64,000 nucleotides of DNA from Heptranchias perlo (Eukaryota). Positions 37,902-50,174 of this stretch are shown here, one piece after another. The first letter of the stretch is position 1; each line of letters starts with the position of its first letter. The position numbers were made by a program, and so were the translations under genes. The stretch is taken from contig NC_090359.1 in NCBI RefSeq assembly GCF_035084215.1, positions 20,398,001-20,462,000 on the forward strand, read 5' to 3'. The notes beneath the pieces were generated by a model that saw only the letters and a list, made by a program, of their open reading frames with translations, was not told the DNA's origin and ran no database searches.

Positions 37902-40689
37902 ATGGGGCAACTAGTGAAGGGTTTGGTTTCTCTGTTGGTTTTGGTCGGAGCTGTTTGTTGCTCTGATACTTGGCAGCGGTTTAGAAACAGGGACTTCCCA
38001 TGGAACATTGAGAAGGCCACTCCTGCCCCTCCCTTTGGTTCCCATTTCAGCCTGTCTGAGGGGAGAAGTCTGTCCCCACTGCAGACTGTGATGGTGCAGT
38101 GTGGAGAGCAGAACCTGCTGGTGAGGGTAGACATGGATTTATTTGGAACCAGGCACCTGATTAAAGCTGCTGACCTGACCCTGGGGACAGCAGGTTGTCG
38201 GCCAACTGGGATCTACTCTCAGAACCACACCGTCCTCTTTGACTATGGGCTCCATGAATGTGGCAGCAGATTGCAGGTAATGTGATTCCTCAACTCTTGC
38301 TCCAATTTCACTGTGTAGATTACTCCTCACTCTGAACTCATTCACATTGGGTGAAACTCCAGCCACTTAGTTTGAGGAGATCCCTGAACTCTTCCTCCAA
38401 TCCCTGTACAGGTTCTTGACATGTTAACTCACACCCTGTGTGAAACTACTTTGTTGACATGTTTCATCTTTTTCTTTTAACAAAGATTCTAATTTGTCTC
38501 CGAGACACTACAACTTTCTTTAACTGGTCTTTTCTATTCTCTAACTTTGATTTTTGATTCTATTGGCCTTGCACCTTCACCTACATTTCCCAAAACAAGT
38601 CCTTCCTTTTGTGCCTCTGTAGATTTATCCTTTTCGTTCTCATGGATATTCTGGTCTGTTGCCTCAACTTCAGGTCAATGGATGTTCAGTGTTGTCGAAC
38701 CTGTTGGGACGTCTCTTGAAAGACTAAACTCGTGGGATAATTGGGCTACAATGTATTAAAGGGGAACTCCACGGACACAGATGAGGTTTAAAAGTGATGT
38801 TGTGTTTAGTGCTCCATCCCAGGGGTCAATTGAAGCCTCTTACAGTGGAAGCTCTATTCTATATAGGGTAGAATTCTCATCTGACCTGGCTGAGCCAAAT
38901 CATTTCTGGGTTTCTGACTGCAGGCCTGAAGTCCCCTGTAATAGAAGGTGGACTGAGCAGAGTAACAGAGGCTGCTCCAGGCAACTTCACTCAATGGTGG
39001 AGCTGCTTCAATCATGTGTCATTGGGGAGCAACTGAAACCCCTCAAACTGCTGCTTAACAGGGCAGGAAAATGACCAGAAATAGCTTTTGTCCAATGAGA
39101 CCAGCTCTTCATTCCTTCACCTGATGTCTTTCAGATGGCTGGAGATTTCCTGGTCTACACCACCCACCTGAACCACACCCCAAATGCTGGTGGATCAGTT
39201 ATTGTGAGAACTAATGGAGCTGTCATTCCCATCCAGTGCCACTATTTGAGGTAAGAATCTTTACTCTGTTGCAAATCTGATCTACGGCTGCTGTAATTTT
39301 CTGAACTTGTCCTGAAATGACTCCACTGTCCTTTCCAGGAAGGGCAATGTGAGCAGTAACCCCATCAAGCCCACCTGGATCCCATTCAGCTCGACCAAGT
39401 CTGGAGAAGGGCTTCTGTCATTCTCACTGCGTCTAATGAATGGTATGTGATGGGTGGACGGGGAGGACTTTCCTGTCGTTGCCCAATGGGAGTTACACCC
39501 ACTGTCTCCAACTCTTGTTCTTCAGATGACTGGCTTACAGAGCGCACCTCGACTGTCTACTACCTGGGTGACCTCATTCACATTGAGGCCTCTGTTTCAA
39601 TGACCAACCACATGCCCCTGAAGCTCTACATTGACAGCTGTGCAGCTACATTGAGCCCAGACAAGGATTCCACCCCAAGATACAACATCATTGACTACCA
39701 TGGGTAAGGAGCTCTCTGCTTTCTCCAGCTGCTCTCTTCTCAATGGCTTCACTTGATTCACTTCATGGCCCTTTTTTTGAATCTTCAGTTGCCTCCTGGA
39801 CAGCAAAGCCGAGGACTCCTTTTCAACCTTTGTGTTGCCCAGAGATGAACGTGAGCTGGACAAACTCCAGTTTGACCTGGATGCGTTCCGTTTCTTTGGA
39901 GATGACCGTTCCCTGGTAAGAGGAAGCCGATCATTGGGTTCCCCATGTTGGGAGGGGAGTCACTGAATAACAACTTGTATTGAATGTGTCCCTCAGATTT
40001 TCATCACCTGTCACCTGAAAGTTGCTGCAGTGGATCGGAGAGATTCCATGAACAAAGCTTGTACTTTCCACAAGATGCAGAATGTGTAAGTTCCCTTTCT
40101 CCCATGGGGATGTGTTGTGTGAAGTGATGCACAACCTGGTTGATAAACTGATTCTCTGGTTTAGCTGGATCCCATTGGAAGAATCGACCAATGACTTATG
40201 TGCCTGTTGTCGTCTGGGCAACTGCAGTGTCACGAGGGAATTCCGACTTGATTCCAGAGGAAGGAGGGATCTTGTATCTGGACCTGGTAGGACATTGATC
40301 CTCTCTATGTTGGAGGTCCCCCTTTACCCTCTCTAACTGGAATGTTTGATATTGCAGAGAGTGATGCTGAATTGAAGTGGGAGGGTGAGGCCTCACTTGG
40401 ACCCCTGGTCATTCTGGATCCTGAAGTGACAGACCTGGCAACTGAGCCCCTTAATGAGGTTGAGCAAAGGATGCAGGAGAGGTCTCCAGGTGGTGAGTTG
40501 GCTGACTGCTAGTTTCCATTTTCCCCTCAGTATTTCCTTCACTCACCATTGGTTTCTTGTTGCTTTTTAGGTGTGGAGTCTGAGGTGGTCCTGATCTTGG
40601 CCCTGACTGTGACCGCTGTCTCTCTGATCTCTGCTTCTTTGATCGCCTTGTTCCTGTACAGGAAACACAAGCAAACCCTGTTGAACTAG
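37902..40689 (+). CDS. zp3: ZP3-like protein, copy 5 (type B / 3' type X), 454 aa
   Basis: Exons 37902-38276, 39135-39250, 39339-39442, 39526-39703, 39789-39915, 39997-40085, 40165-40286, 40358-40492, 40571-40689; intact. Confidence 0.93.
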
Positions 40690-42627
40690 TTATCAAATGA
40701 CCAATAAAGCAGTGACTACTTGTATCTTCTAATGGCTGGTTGCTCATTTGTCACTGGATGTTGTGTGGGCTGGAGACAGACAATAAGTGCCAGTTATCAA
40801 ATAATCAATAAAGTGATTGATTGAGGAATAAATCTCATTGTAGTGAATTTCATTTGGTTACCGACTGAAGACTCGTGTAATAACTAGCTATACAAATGTT
40901 CCATGTTCATTGTTAATGAAATGTTTATTGGTCTTGAGGGGTTCTCCTGGTCTTGAGTATCTGTGGTGAGTTTGACCAGCCTGACTGTAGTCTCCCTGAT
41001 CCTCTGACCGTGGGGATATTGAGTCCCACTGAACTGTGCCAAGTTCTCAATGATTGGGAGCATTTTGTAAATTGATGTTAATTTGCTGGTCTTGTCACGG
41101 ATCATGTTCTACCATTCAACTCGATCATGGCTGATCTCTTCACCCCCATCGACCCACCTTGGTTCCATAAACCCTCAATACCCTTACCTAACACACACCT
41201 ATTGATCAGTTTTGAAATTCTCAATTAATCTCCTTCACCAGCTTTTGGGAGAGTTCCAGATTTCCACTCCCCTTTGTGTGAAGAAGTGCTTCCTGACATC
41301 ACCCCTGAATGGCCTGGCTCTAATTTTAAGGTTATGCCCCCTTGTTCCAGACTCTCCTGACCAGGAGGAATAGTTTCTCTCTCTCTCTTGACCTGAGCAA
41401 ATCCTTTAATCATCTTAAACCTCTCAATTCAATCACCCCGTTACCTTCTGCACACAGGGAATACAAGCCCAGTGTGTGCAACCTGTCCTCATAACTTAAC
41501 CCTTTCAGCTCCAGTATCCTTCCTGAGCTTCGCTGCCCAGAACTGAACGCAGTATTTAAATGGGGTCTAACCAGAGCTTTATATAACTGTAGCATAACTT
41601 CCAGCCCTCTTGAGATAAAGACCAACATTCCTTTAGCCTGCTAAATTATTTTTGTACCTGTCCACTAGCTTTTAGTGATTCCTGTACTTGGACCCCTCAA
41701 TCTCTCTGCTCCTCCACAGTTCCGAGCTTCTCACCATTTTGAAAATACTCTGATCTTTCTTGGGTGTAAAGTGGGTGACCTCACCCTCCCCCCCATGGTG
41801 AACTCCACCTGCCACAGTTTTGCCCACTCACTTAATCTATCAATGTCCCTTTGAAACGTTCTGCTCCCGTCTACACTATTTATTGTGTCACCTCACTTAG
41901 TGTCATCAGCAAACTTGGATATACAGCTCTCTATTCCTTCATCCAAGTCCGTTATAAATAGAGTGAAAAGCTGAGGCCCCAGTACAGATCCCTGGGGGAC
42001 ACCACTGGTCACATCCTGCCAATTTGAGTACAGACCCATTATCCCCACCCTGTCTCCTAACCAATTCTCTACCCTCATCAATAGGTTGCCTCCAATTCCG
42101 GATATTTCTCATTTTTGTGACTGGTCTCTTATGTGGAACGCTATCGAATGCCTTCTGGAATTCCACATAAATAACATCCATGGACGTTCCCTCATCGACC
42201 CCGTTAGTGACCTCAACAAATTCAACTGGGTTTGTTAAACATGACTTATCCTTTACAATCCATGCTGGCTCCATCTTTATCCAAGAGCTCAGTCACTGCC
42301 CCTGACAACAGATTCCAGTCGATTAATGTCTCTCATTATCTCTCCTCCCAATAATGGAGTGACATTGGCAATTTTCCAATCCAAGGGGACAATTCCTGAG
42401 GAATCTTATCTCCAATAAAAAGTGCCCCTGGGAAGGAGGCATCCCCTTGAGTTGCTAAACATCTCGATGTGACATCAGTGTAGAATCTACATCTTTTATA
42501 TAAAAAGAGCAAACGACCCACTAAACAGACGGGGCCCAATTGTGATTCAGTTACAGTACTGGGTCTCCAACAGCAGGTGGCACAGCACCCACACCAATTA
42601 TAATGAGCACGTCCTTGTCCCCCTAGT

Positions 42628-42995
42628 GGGACTGCCCGGTCACCACAGGAGCTGGGCACTGCCCGGTCACTACAGGAGCCGGGCACTGCCCGGTCACTAC
42701 AGGAGCTGGGCACTGCCCGGTCACGACTGGAGCTGGGCACTGCCCGGTCACTACTGGAGCTGGGCACTGCCCGGTCACCACAGGAGCCGGGCACTGCCCG
42801 GTCACCACTGGAGCCGGGTACTGCCCGGTCACTACAGGAGCTGGGCACTGCCCAGTCACCACAGGAGCTGGGCACTGCCCGGTCACCACAAGAGCTGGGC
42901 ACTGCCCGGTCAATACAGGAGCTGGGCACTGCCCGGTCATTGCACAAGCTGGGCACTGTCTGGTCACGACAGGAGCCGGGCACTGCCCGGTCACT
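42628..42995. repeat. 27-bp VNTR, ~13 units
   Basis: Same unit as 9350-9905. Confidence 0.95.
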
Positions 42996-44243
42996 GTCCC
43001 CTGTGTGAAAACTCTTGTGAATATTAACTTATTTCTGTGAATACAGAGAGACGCCGGGACAACAAAGGAAAAGTCTGACAGTCTCACCCGGGTTTACTGA
43101 GAGTTTGCACAAAGTCTCGAGCACAACATACAAACGATGGCTGTGCATTTATAACCTGCCTTCTCCAGCCTCCCAATACATACGCAGAATTATAGAAGCT
43201 GTTATCTGGGCCGAATGGCCTACTCCTGCTCCTATTTTCTATGTAAACCAATCCACATTGTATTTTCTCACAGCAAGACCCCCTGCAGACACTATTTCGA
43301 AGGAGAGCGGGGGAGTTCTCCCCGGTGTCCAGATTATCTGGTGATTATCTCATTGCTGTTTGTGGGATCTTGCTGTGCGCAAATTGGCTGCTGCGTTTCC
43401 TACATTACAACAGTGACCACACTTAACAAAATACTAAGGGTGGGGTGTGGGGGGATATACAGACTGGGACAAGCCTTCTGACACTTGCTGTCTCCGATCG
43501 CACAGGAGGAGCAGTCACTTGATCGAACTATAGGACGTCCCAAAGCGTTTTACAGCCAATGAAGTACATTTTGAAGTGCAGTCACTGTTGTAATGTGGGA
43601 AACACGGCAGCCAATTTGCGCACAGCAAGATCCCACAAACAGAATGAGATAATGACCAGATCATCTGTTTTAGTGATGATGGTTGAGGGATAAATATTGG
43701 CCCAGGACACGGGGAGAACTCCTCTCTCTTCTTCGAAATAGAGGGCGTGGGATCTTTTACGTTCACCTGAGAGGGGCCTCCGTTTAACATCTCAATGGAA
43801 AGGCGGCACCTCCAACAGTGCAGCACTCCCTCAGTACGGGCACTGGGGGTGTCGGCCTGGATAATGTGCTCAAGTCTCTGGATTGGGGCCACCCAGTGAG
43901 GAAGGGGGGGGGCGGGCAGGTCGAAGGATCTCCTCGTGGGCCTGCTCCTGGGCCTGGCCAAGGTGACCATCCACAGGTCCAGGTTGGACGCGGCCTGTGG
44001 GGGGACGGTCTCTCCGACTGTCTGCCTCTCTTCCGCGGCATTCTCCGCGCCCGGGTGACCCCTGGAGAGGGAGCACGCGGTGTTTGCCGGTACGCTCAAG
44101 GCTTTCCGCGACCGGTGGGCACCGCAGGGACCGGAGCGCCTATCGTTCAGTATTATGATTGAATTTGATAAGTTTCCTTTGTTTTTTTATGATTTGGGTG
44201 ATTATCGTTTGAGCCCCTCTCAGGAGGGGGCACTTTAGTTGAG

Positions 44244-44476
44244 ATTGGTTGTTAGGGGGGTTTTTATGATGGTTACACAAGAAGAGGAGACCCAGATTGT
44301 CTGCAACCTGGACTAATTCCATTGGATCATCTCCCAATCACGAACCCAGTCTCTCCGTGTGAAGATCTTTTGCGAGACCAACCAATGAGTGAGATTGTTG
44401 GAAGATGTCATGAGATTAGTCTATTGGTCATTTATCCAATTGGTGTCAGGTGACTGACTACAGGTTGTGTATAAAA
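44244..44476 (+). promoter_or_regulatory. Type-B zp3 promoter
   Basis: CCAAT cluster, CCAATTGG, CAGGTG, TATAAAA 44470. Confidence 0.8.
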
Positions 44477-44526
44477 GGGATCAGTGACTCCCTTCAGTTC
44501 CCAGTTGAGCTGTAATAGTTTGTATT

Positions 44527-47204
44527 ATGGGGCAACTAGTGAAGGGTTTGGTTTCTCTGTTGGTTTTGGTCGGAGCTGTTTGTTGCTCTGATACTTGGCA
44601 GCGGTTTAGAAACAGGGACTTCCCATGGAGCATTGAGAAGGCCACTCCTGCCCCTCCCTTTGGTTCCCATTTCAGCCTGTCTGAGGGGAGAAGTCTGTCC
44701 CCACTGCAGACTGTGATGGTGCAGTGTGGAGAGCAGAACCTCCTGGTGAGGGTAGACATGGATTTATTTGGAACCAGGCACCTGATTAAAGCTGCTGACC
44801 TGACCCTGGGGACAGCAGGTTGTCGGCCAACTGGGGTCGACTCTCAGAACCACACTGTCCTCTTTGACTACGGGCTCCATGAGTGTAACAGCTCAGTAAA
44901 GGTAATGTGATTCTTCATTAAAACACGTCTCTCTGGACAGACTGAATAACCAGGTTTAATGAGCTCTCCTGAGCAGGGTAACAGTGGAGGAAGTGAATGA
45001 GAGTTTGTAGCTTTGTCGGTCAGAGTGCAGGCAATTTTTTATTACACTGGGGTGGTTTTGAATAAACTGTCTCTAATTTCTACTGTCCATTGGTTAGGAC
45101 ACAGTCGGGGTGTCATGTGGTTTTGGGCCCTGTTACAGGAAGGATCATGGGAAGAGCCTGCTGAATAGTCACACGAGCTTCTTTCTGCAGGAAGGTTTGG
45201 GGAAACATTGAGACCTTTCTCATTGGCCGGTTAAGGGGAGCTTCTAGAGTAAAGAGATGACTTGCCTCGGGTGACATGGCGATGAGGGAACATAGACTGA
45301 GGATTATCCTTTGAAGAAATTCTCAGGGTTGTGAAGGTGTGGAATGCCTTAACACAAATGACTATTGAGGTACTTGAGAGAGAACCAATGGAGCAGTCAA
45401 TTGTCTCTTGAGTGTCTTCATCCTGGGGAAGGAGGTGATTGAGAGGCTCCTTCACCCAATGGCCTACAATATCACTTCAAATGGAAATGGCAGGTTTCAT
45501 TTTTGAAAGGCAGAAATAAGATGTAGGAAAAGGGTTGGTTGGTTGGCTCTCGTTGGTTGGCTCTAGTTAGTTAGCTAGTTAACACAAGTATGAAGGGCTC
45601 AGTGGGTTTCTTTCTTCAGCAGCAATTGATTTAAAACAAATTGCACTCTTGTCCAAGAATGACTTCCCCCTGTTCTGTACCTGACCCTAACCAGATTTCC
45701 TCCCCCTCTCTCTCCCAGATGACTGAGGACCTGTTGATTTACGCCACCCACCTGTACTACAGGCCGAGCCCTATTGGAGGAGTCATTGTGAGAACCAGTG
45801 GAGCTGTTATCCCTATTGAGTGCCATTATCCCAGGTAAGGGGGGGTGATTGAGAGGCTCCCAATTTGGGGGGGTGGGTGGGGGTTGTGAATTGGAAGTAA
45901 AGCTGGCCTTGCTCCTTCCCACAGGAAGAGGACGGTGAGCAGCAATGCTATCAAGCCCACCTGGATCCCATTCTCCTCCACCAAGTCGGCCGAGGGACGT
46001 CTGTCGTTCTCCCTGCGTCTGATGACTGGTAAGTGATGGCCAATTGTCTACCTTGCTGGTTTTTAACCTGTCTCTTGGGATCGAGTGAGGAATCCAGAGC
46101 TCTTCCCCTCGTGTGTGTGTTCCAGATGACTGGAGTGCAGAGCGTGCCTCCCAAATCTACCACCTGGGTGACCTCATTCGCATCGAGGCCTCTGTTGTGA
46201 CGGTGAACCACATGTCGCTGAGGCTCTACATTGACAGCTGTGTAGCTACACTGAGCCCAGATCCGGAGTCCACCCCCAGATACCATATCATTGACTTCAA
46301 TGGGTAAGGTCTATAGCTGGGCTCTGCAATGCCTGTCCCATAGCTGGTGGGATCCATTCTTATCCATACAGCTCTTTCCCACCCTCTTTCCAGTTGCCTG
46401 TTGGACAGCCAAGGTGAAGACTCCCTTTCGTCTTTCGTCTCACCGCGAGATCACCGGGACAAGATCAGGTTCAACCTGGATGCCTTCCGCTTCTTTGAGG
46501 ATGCTCGGGATTTGGTAAGAGGAGGCTGGATGTTGAAGGGTGAGATGGTGAGTGTTGACACTCAGTGACTCCTGAATGTGTCTCCTGTAGATCTTCATCA
46601 GTTGCCACCTGAAAGTAGTGGCAGCAGAGCGAAGGCCAGATTCGATGAACAAGGCTTGTTCCTTCCAGAAGCCAGCCAACCGGTGAGCTAAATCCGCCCA
46701 AGAACGGTGGACTTTTTTTTTGGAGTATGGATGCAACTCTTGACCGATGGCTTGCTTCCTTGTTTAGATGGTTCCTGGTGAATGAATTGGACCTGACCCA
46801 GTTGGAAGGATCCAATGAGGTTTGTGCCTGTTGTGATGGGGGCAACTGCACCGCTCCGATATTGGGACCAGGCGGAAGACTGCACTCCAGGGGCTGGAGG
46901 GAGGTTCCATCTGAGCTCGGTATGTTGTGGTGGTGGGTGTTGAGGGGGGGGTGAAGTTGGATGTTTTGTAACTGGATGGAACCAATTGCAGAGTCTGAGC
47001 CTGTGTGGGAGGGTGAGGCCTCCCTTGGACCCCTGATCGTTCTGGATGCTGATGTGAAGGGCCTGGTTCATTCAGCGGGCCGTGAAGCGGCCGAGACTCT
47101 TAGCGGTTCCACGTTCTCCTCCAGGTGAGTGTTGATTCGACGACAACCCAATTCCAGTCTTGTGCCTCTTGACTCAAAATTGGCTTCTCATTCTCCGCAG
47201 GTGA
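44527..47204 (+). CDS. zp3: Divergent ZP3-like protein, copy 6, predicted to lack the transmembrane domain, 424 aa (pseudogene not excluded)
   Basis: Exons 44527-44901, 45719-45834, 45925-46028, 46126-46303, 46394-46514, 46591-46682, 46768-46919, 46992-47124, 47201-47204 (TGA). All GT-AG; 12 ZP Cys, IHP and EHP intact; ends TFSSR*; AATAAA 47343. Confidence 0.8.
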
Positions 47205-47466
47205 TGTGGGTTCTGAGGTGCCTCAGGTCATGGCTGTGACACCAGCAGCTCTGGCCCTGATCTCTGGCCTTCCTACTGTCCAGGAAACATGACTGAATCT
47301 TTCCCTGAATTGAGCTTTTCATTATTTGTCAAAAAATGGTTCAATAAAGCTGAAATGTGACTGATTTTGAGTCAACGCTGAAGACTAGTACACTGGTATT
47401 GGTAATTTGCACTTCAGTTGTCTAAATAACACTCGACCAGTTACGGAGGTCTACATTTAACTATTT

Positions 47467-47580
47467 TAAGAACACAAGGAATAGAAGCAGGAGTAGGCCA
47501 ATCGGCCCTTCGAGCCTGCTCCGCCATTCAATAAGATCATGGCTGATCTGATCCTAACCTCAAATCTAAATTCATGTCCA
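47467..47580 (-). mobile_element. CR1 3' tail fragment
   Basis: Reverse complement of the CR1 tail at ~55988-56100. Confidence 0.75.
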
Positions 47581-47989
47581 ATTTCACCACATGCAACTTT
47601 TTTTTGAAGTTGCACCTGGAGTAATAATGTGGCTTTTAAAGGGATGAACATAATATAATGCTCTTACTATCTTTTTAGACAAAGTAGATGGGGTTACAGA
47701 CATTGTCAGCTAGGTGAGCGAGACAGTTATAGTCACACACCCCAATTCCTAATGAAAATGGACCAAAGAAGCATCTCTTCAATTGGCCATCTTGCTCCAT
47801 GGCCACTGGTGGTAGGTGTATGTGGGCCTCTTGACCTGTACATGTACTATAACCCTTAGTTGTAATTGTTTTTTAATATTGGTGTAAGATAACCCATCAC
47901 TCAAACTAGTTAGTTACACAAGGGTGGTCATTGAAGTCAAACGCGGTGAGTGATATTTGGGAAAAGATTAGTTACCTTTCCATTGATCT

Positions 47990-48155
47990 CGGGCCTCTAG
48001 TCCATTGGTGGCCCGAAGCTCTGGATTTCCCCTCCCTAAACCCCTCTTCCCTCAAATACTACCTCTTTGACCAAGTGTTTGGTCACCGGTCCTAATATCT
48101 CCTCCTTTGGCTCGGTGTCAAATTTTGTTTGGTTTTTTTATGCTGCTGTGAAGCC
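47990..48155 (+). mobile_element. Degenerate L2-like 3' tail
   Basis: ctaaacccct..tacctctttgaccaag..tttggtcacc..tcctaatatc..tggctcggtgtcaaattttg, as at 53310-53450. Confidence 0.7.
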
Positions 48156-48989
48156 TTGACACCGTCCACTCTAAGCTGTGCACGGCCAGGCAGAGCACTT
48201 AAACATTCTGCCCACGCACCAAACCAGTGCTCTCTCTGGTCAGTTTTGAGTTAACAGATATCGACGGTGGAGATGCTGCCTGATTCACTGTCCGGGGGTG
48301 ACTGCTTTCCCCTTGTGATCGTTATCGAGTGACCCCGACTAAGGTGTGGCCGGCCAGCGGGTGGTAGAAGATTGGCTCTGTCTGGCCTCACTGGTCAGCT
48401 GCCTTGCTGACGTTCGCTGCCTGGGTGGGCCCGTAGAGAGTGACTGGTGTGTGAAGCAGTGGCACCATTGGCCAGTGAGAGTCAACACCTGAGGGAGAGG
48501 GAAACTTTAAAGGGAAAAAGGAGAGTCGGCTGAGGCACGTTTTGGAAGTCTCTGGATAACCCGGGCTGCTCTGTAACGCTGTAAACAGCGAGCGGTCAGT
48601 TGTCCTGAGTCAGTCTGGCTGGCTGTGGGAGGTATGTAAAGATATTTGGTTACATAATCCGTGTTTGAATAGCTGAGTGTGATCCTATGTGACACAAGCC
48701 AGCTGTTCCCCAGTATCAGCACTGCTCCATTAACCATCATTCAGGACTTGCTGGTTTCTTAAAGGGACAGTGCCCTTAGCAGTGTCCAACTGATGTTTGG
48801 TGTGAATCTTCAGTGAATGACACGGGGCAATGGAATTGCTCCTCTCCTGCCTGTGAGATACCTTTTAATTCACAGAACTCCAAGTGGGGAAGCTCGAAAC
48901 TAGACATTTAGAACAATCTTGGCCACTTCAAATACACAGTCCAATCTGAATGGCTGTCTGGTAATAAAGGTGTGATAGTGTGGCTCCAA

Positions 48990-50072
48990 GGAGCCTGAGT
49001 AAAATTGAAGTCAATGGGAATCGGGGAAAACTCCAGTGGCTGGAGTCGTACCTAGCACAAAGGAAGATGATAGTGGTTGTTGGAGGCCAATCATCTCAGC
49101 CCCAGGACGTTGCTGCAGGAGTTCTTTAGGGTAGTGTCCTAGGCCCAATCATCTTCAGCTGCTTCATCAATGACCTTCCCTCCATCATAGGGGACAATTG
49201 CTAATGATTGCAGTGTTCGGTTCCATTTGCAACCCCTCAGATGATGCAGTCTGTGCCTACGTGCAGCAAGACCTTGACAACATCCAGGTTTGGGCTGACA
49301 AGTGGCAAGTAACATTCATGCCAGGCAATGGCCATCTCCAACAAGAAAGTCTAACCACCTCCCCTTGACATTCAACGGCATTACTGTCGCCAAATTCCCC
49401 ACCATCAACATCCTGGGGGTCACTATTGACCAGAAACTTAACTGGACCAGCCACATAAATACTGTGGCTGCAAGAGCAGGTCAGAGGCTGGGTATTCTGC
49501 GGCAAGTGACTCACCTCCTGACTCCCCAAAGCCTTTCCACCATCTACAAGGCACAAGTCAGGAGTGTGATGGAATACTCTCCACTTGCCTCGATGAGTGC
49601 AGCTCCAACAACACTCAAAAGCTCGACAGCATCCAGGACAAAGCAGCCTGCTTGATTGGCACCCCATCCACCACCTTAAACATTCACTCCCTTCACCACT
49701 GGCGCACTGTGGCTGCAGTGTGTACCATCCACAGGATGCACTGCAGCAACTCGCCAAGGCTTCTTTGACAGCACCTCCTAAACCCGTAACCTCTACCACC
49801 TAGAAGGACAAGGGCAGCAGGCACATTGGAACAACACCACCTCCAAGTCACACACCATCCCGACTTGGAAATATATCGGCTGTTCCTTCATCATCGCTGG
49901 GCCAAAATCCTGGAACTCCCTTCCTAACAGCACTGTGGGAGAACCTTCACCACACGGACTGCAGCGGTTCAAGAAGGCGGCTCACCACCACCTTCTCAAG
50001 GGCAATTAGGGATGGGCAATAAATGCCGGCCTCGCCAGCGATGCCCACATCCCATGAATGAATTTTTTTTTT
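48990..50072 (+). mobile_element. Independent, more decayed copy of the CR1-group LINE family seen at 740-2166
   Basis: Colinear with 1062-2150 with separate indels and stops; tail caccaccaccttctcaagggcaattagggatgggcaataaatgc. Confidence 0.9.
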
Positions 50073-50174
50073 AAATAATTGTTTTATAGACTGATGCTGC
50101 CTCTGATTCGAGATTGTTTACAGGGAGTGGTCATTGTGGATCTGTATAGCATTCATGATATGTGTGACCCAAAT

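Larger units (their letters stand above)
40763..44526. repeat. Intergenic spacer type X, copy 3
   Basis: Colinear with 7524-11431. Confidence 0.95.
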
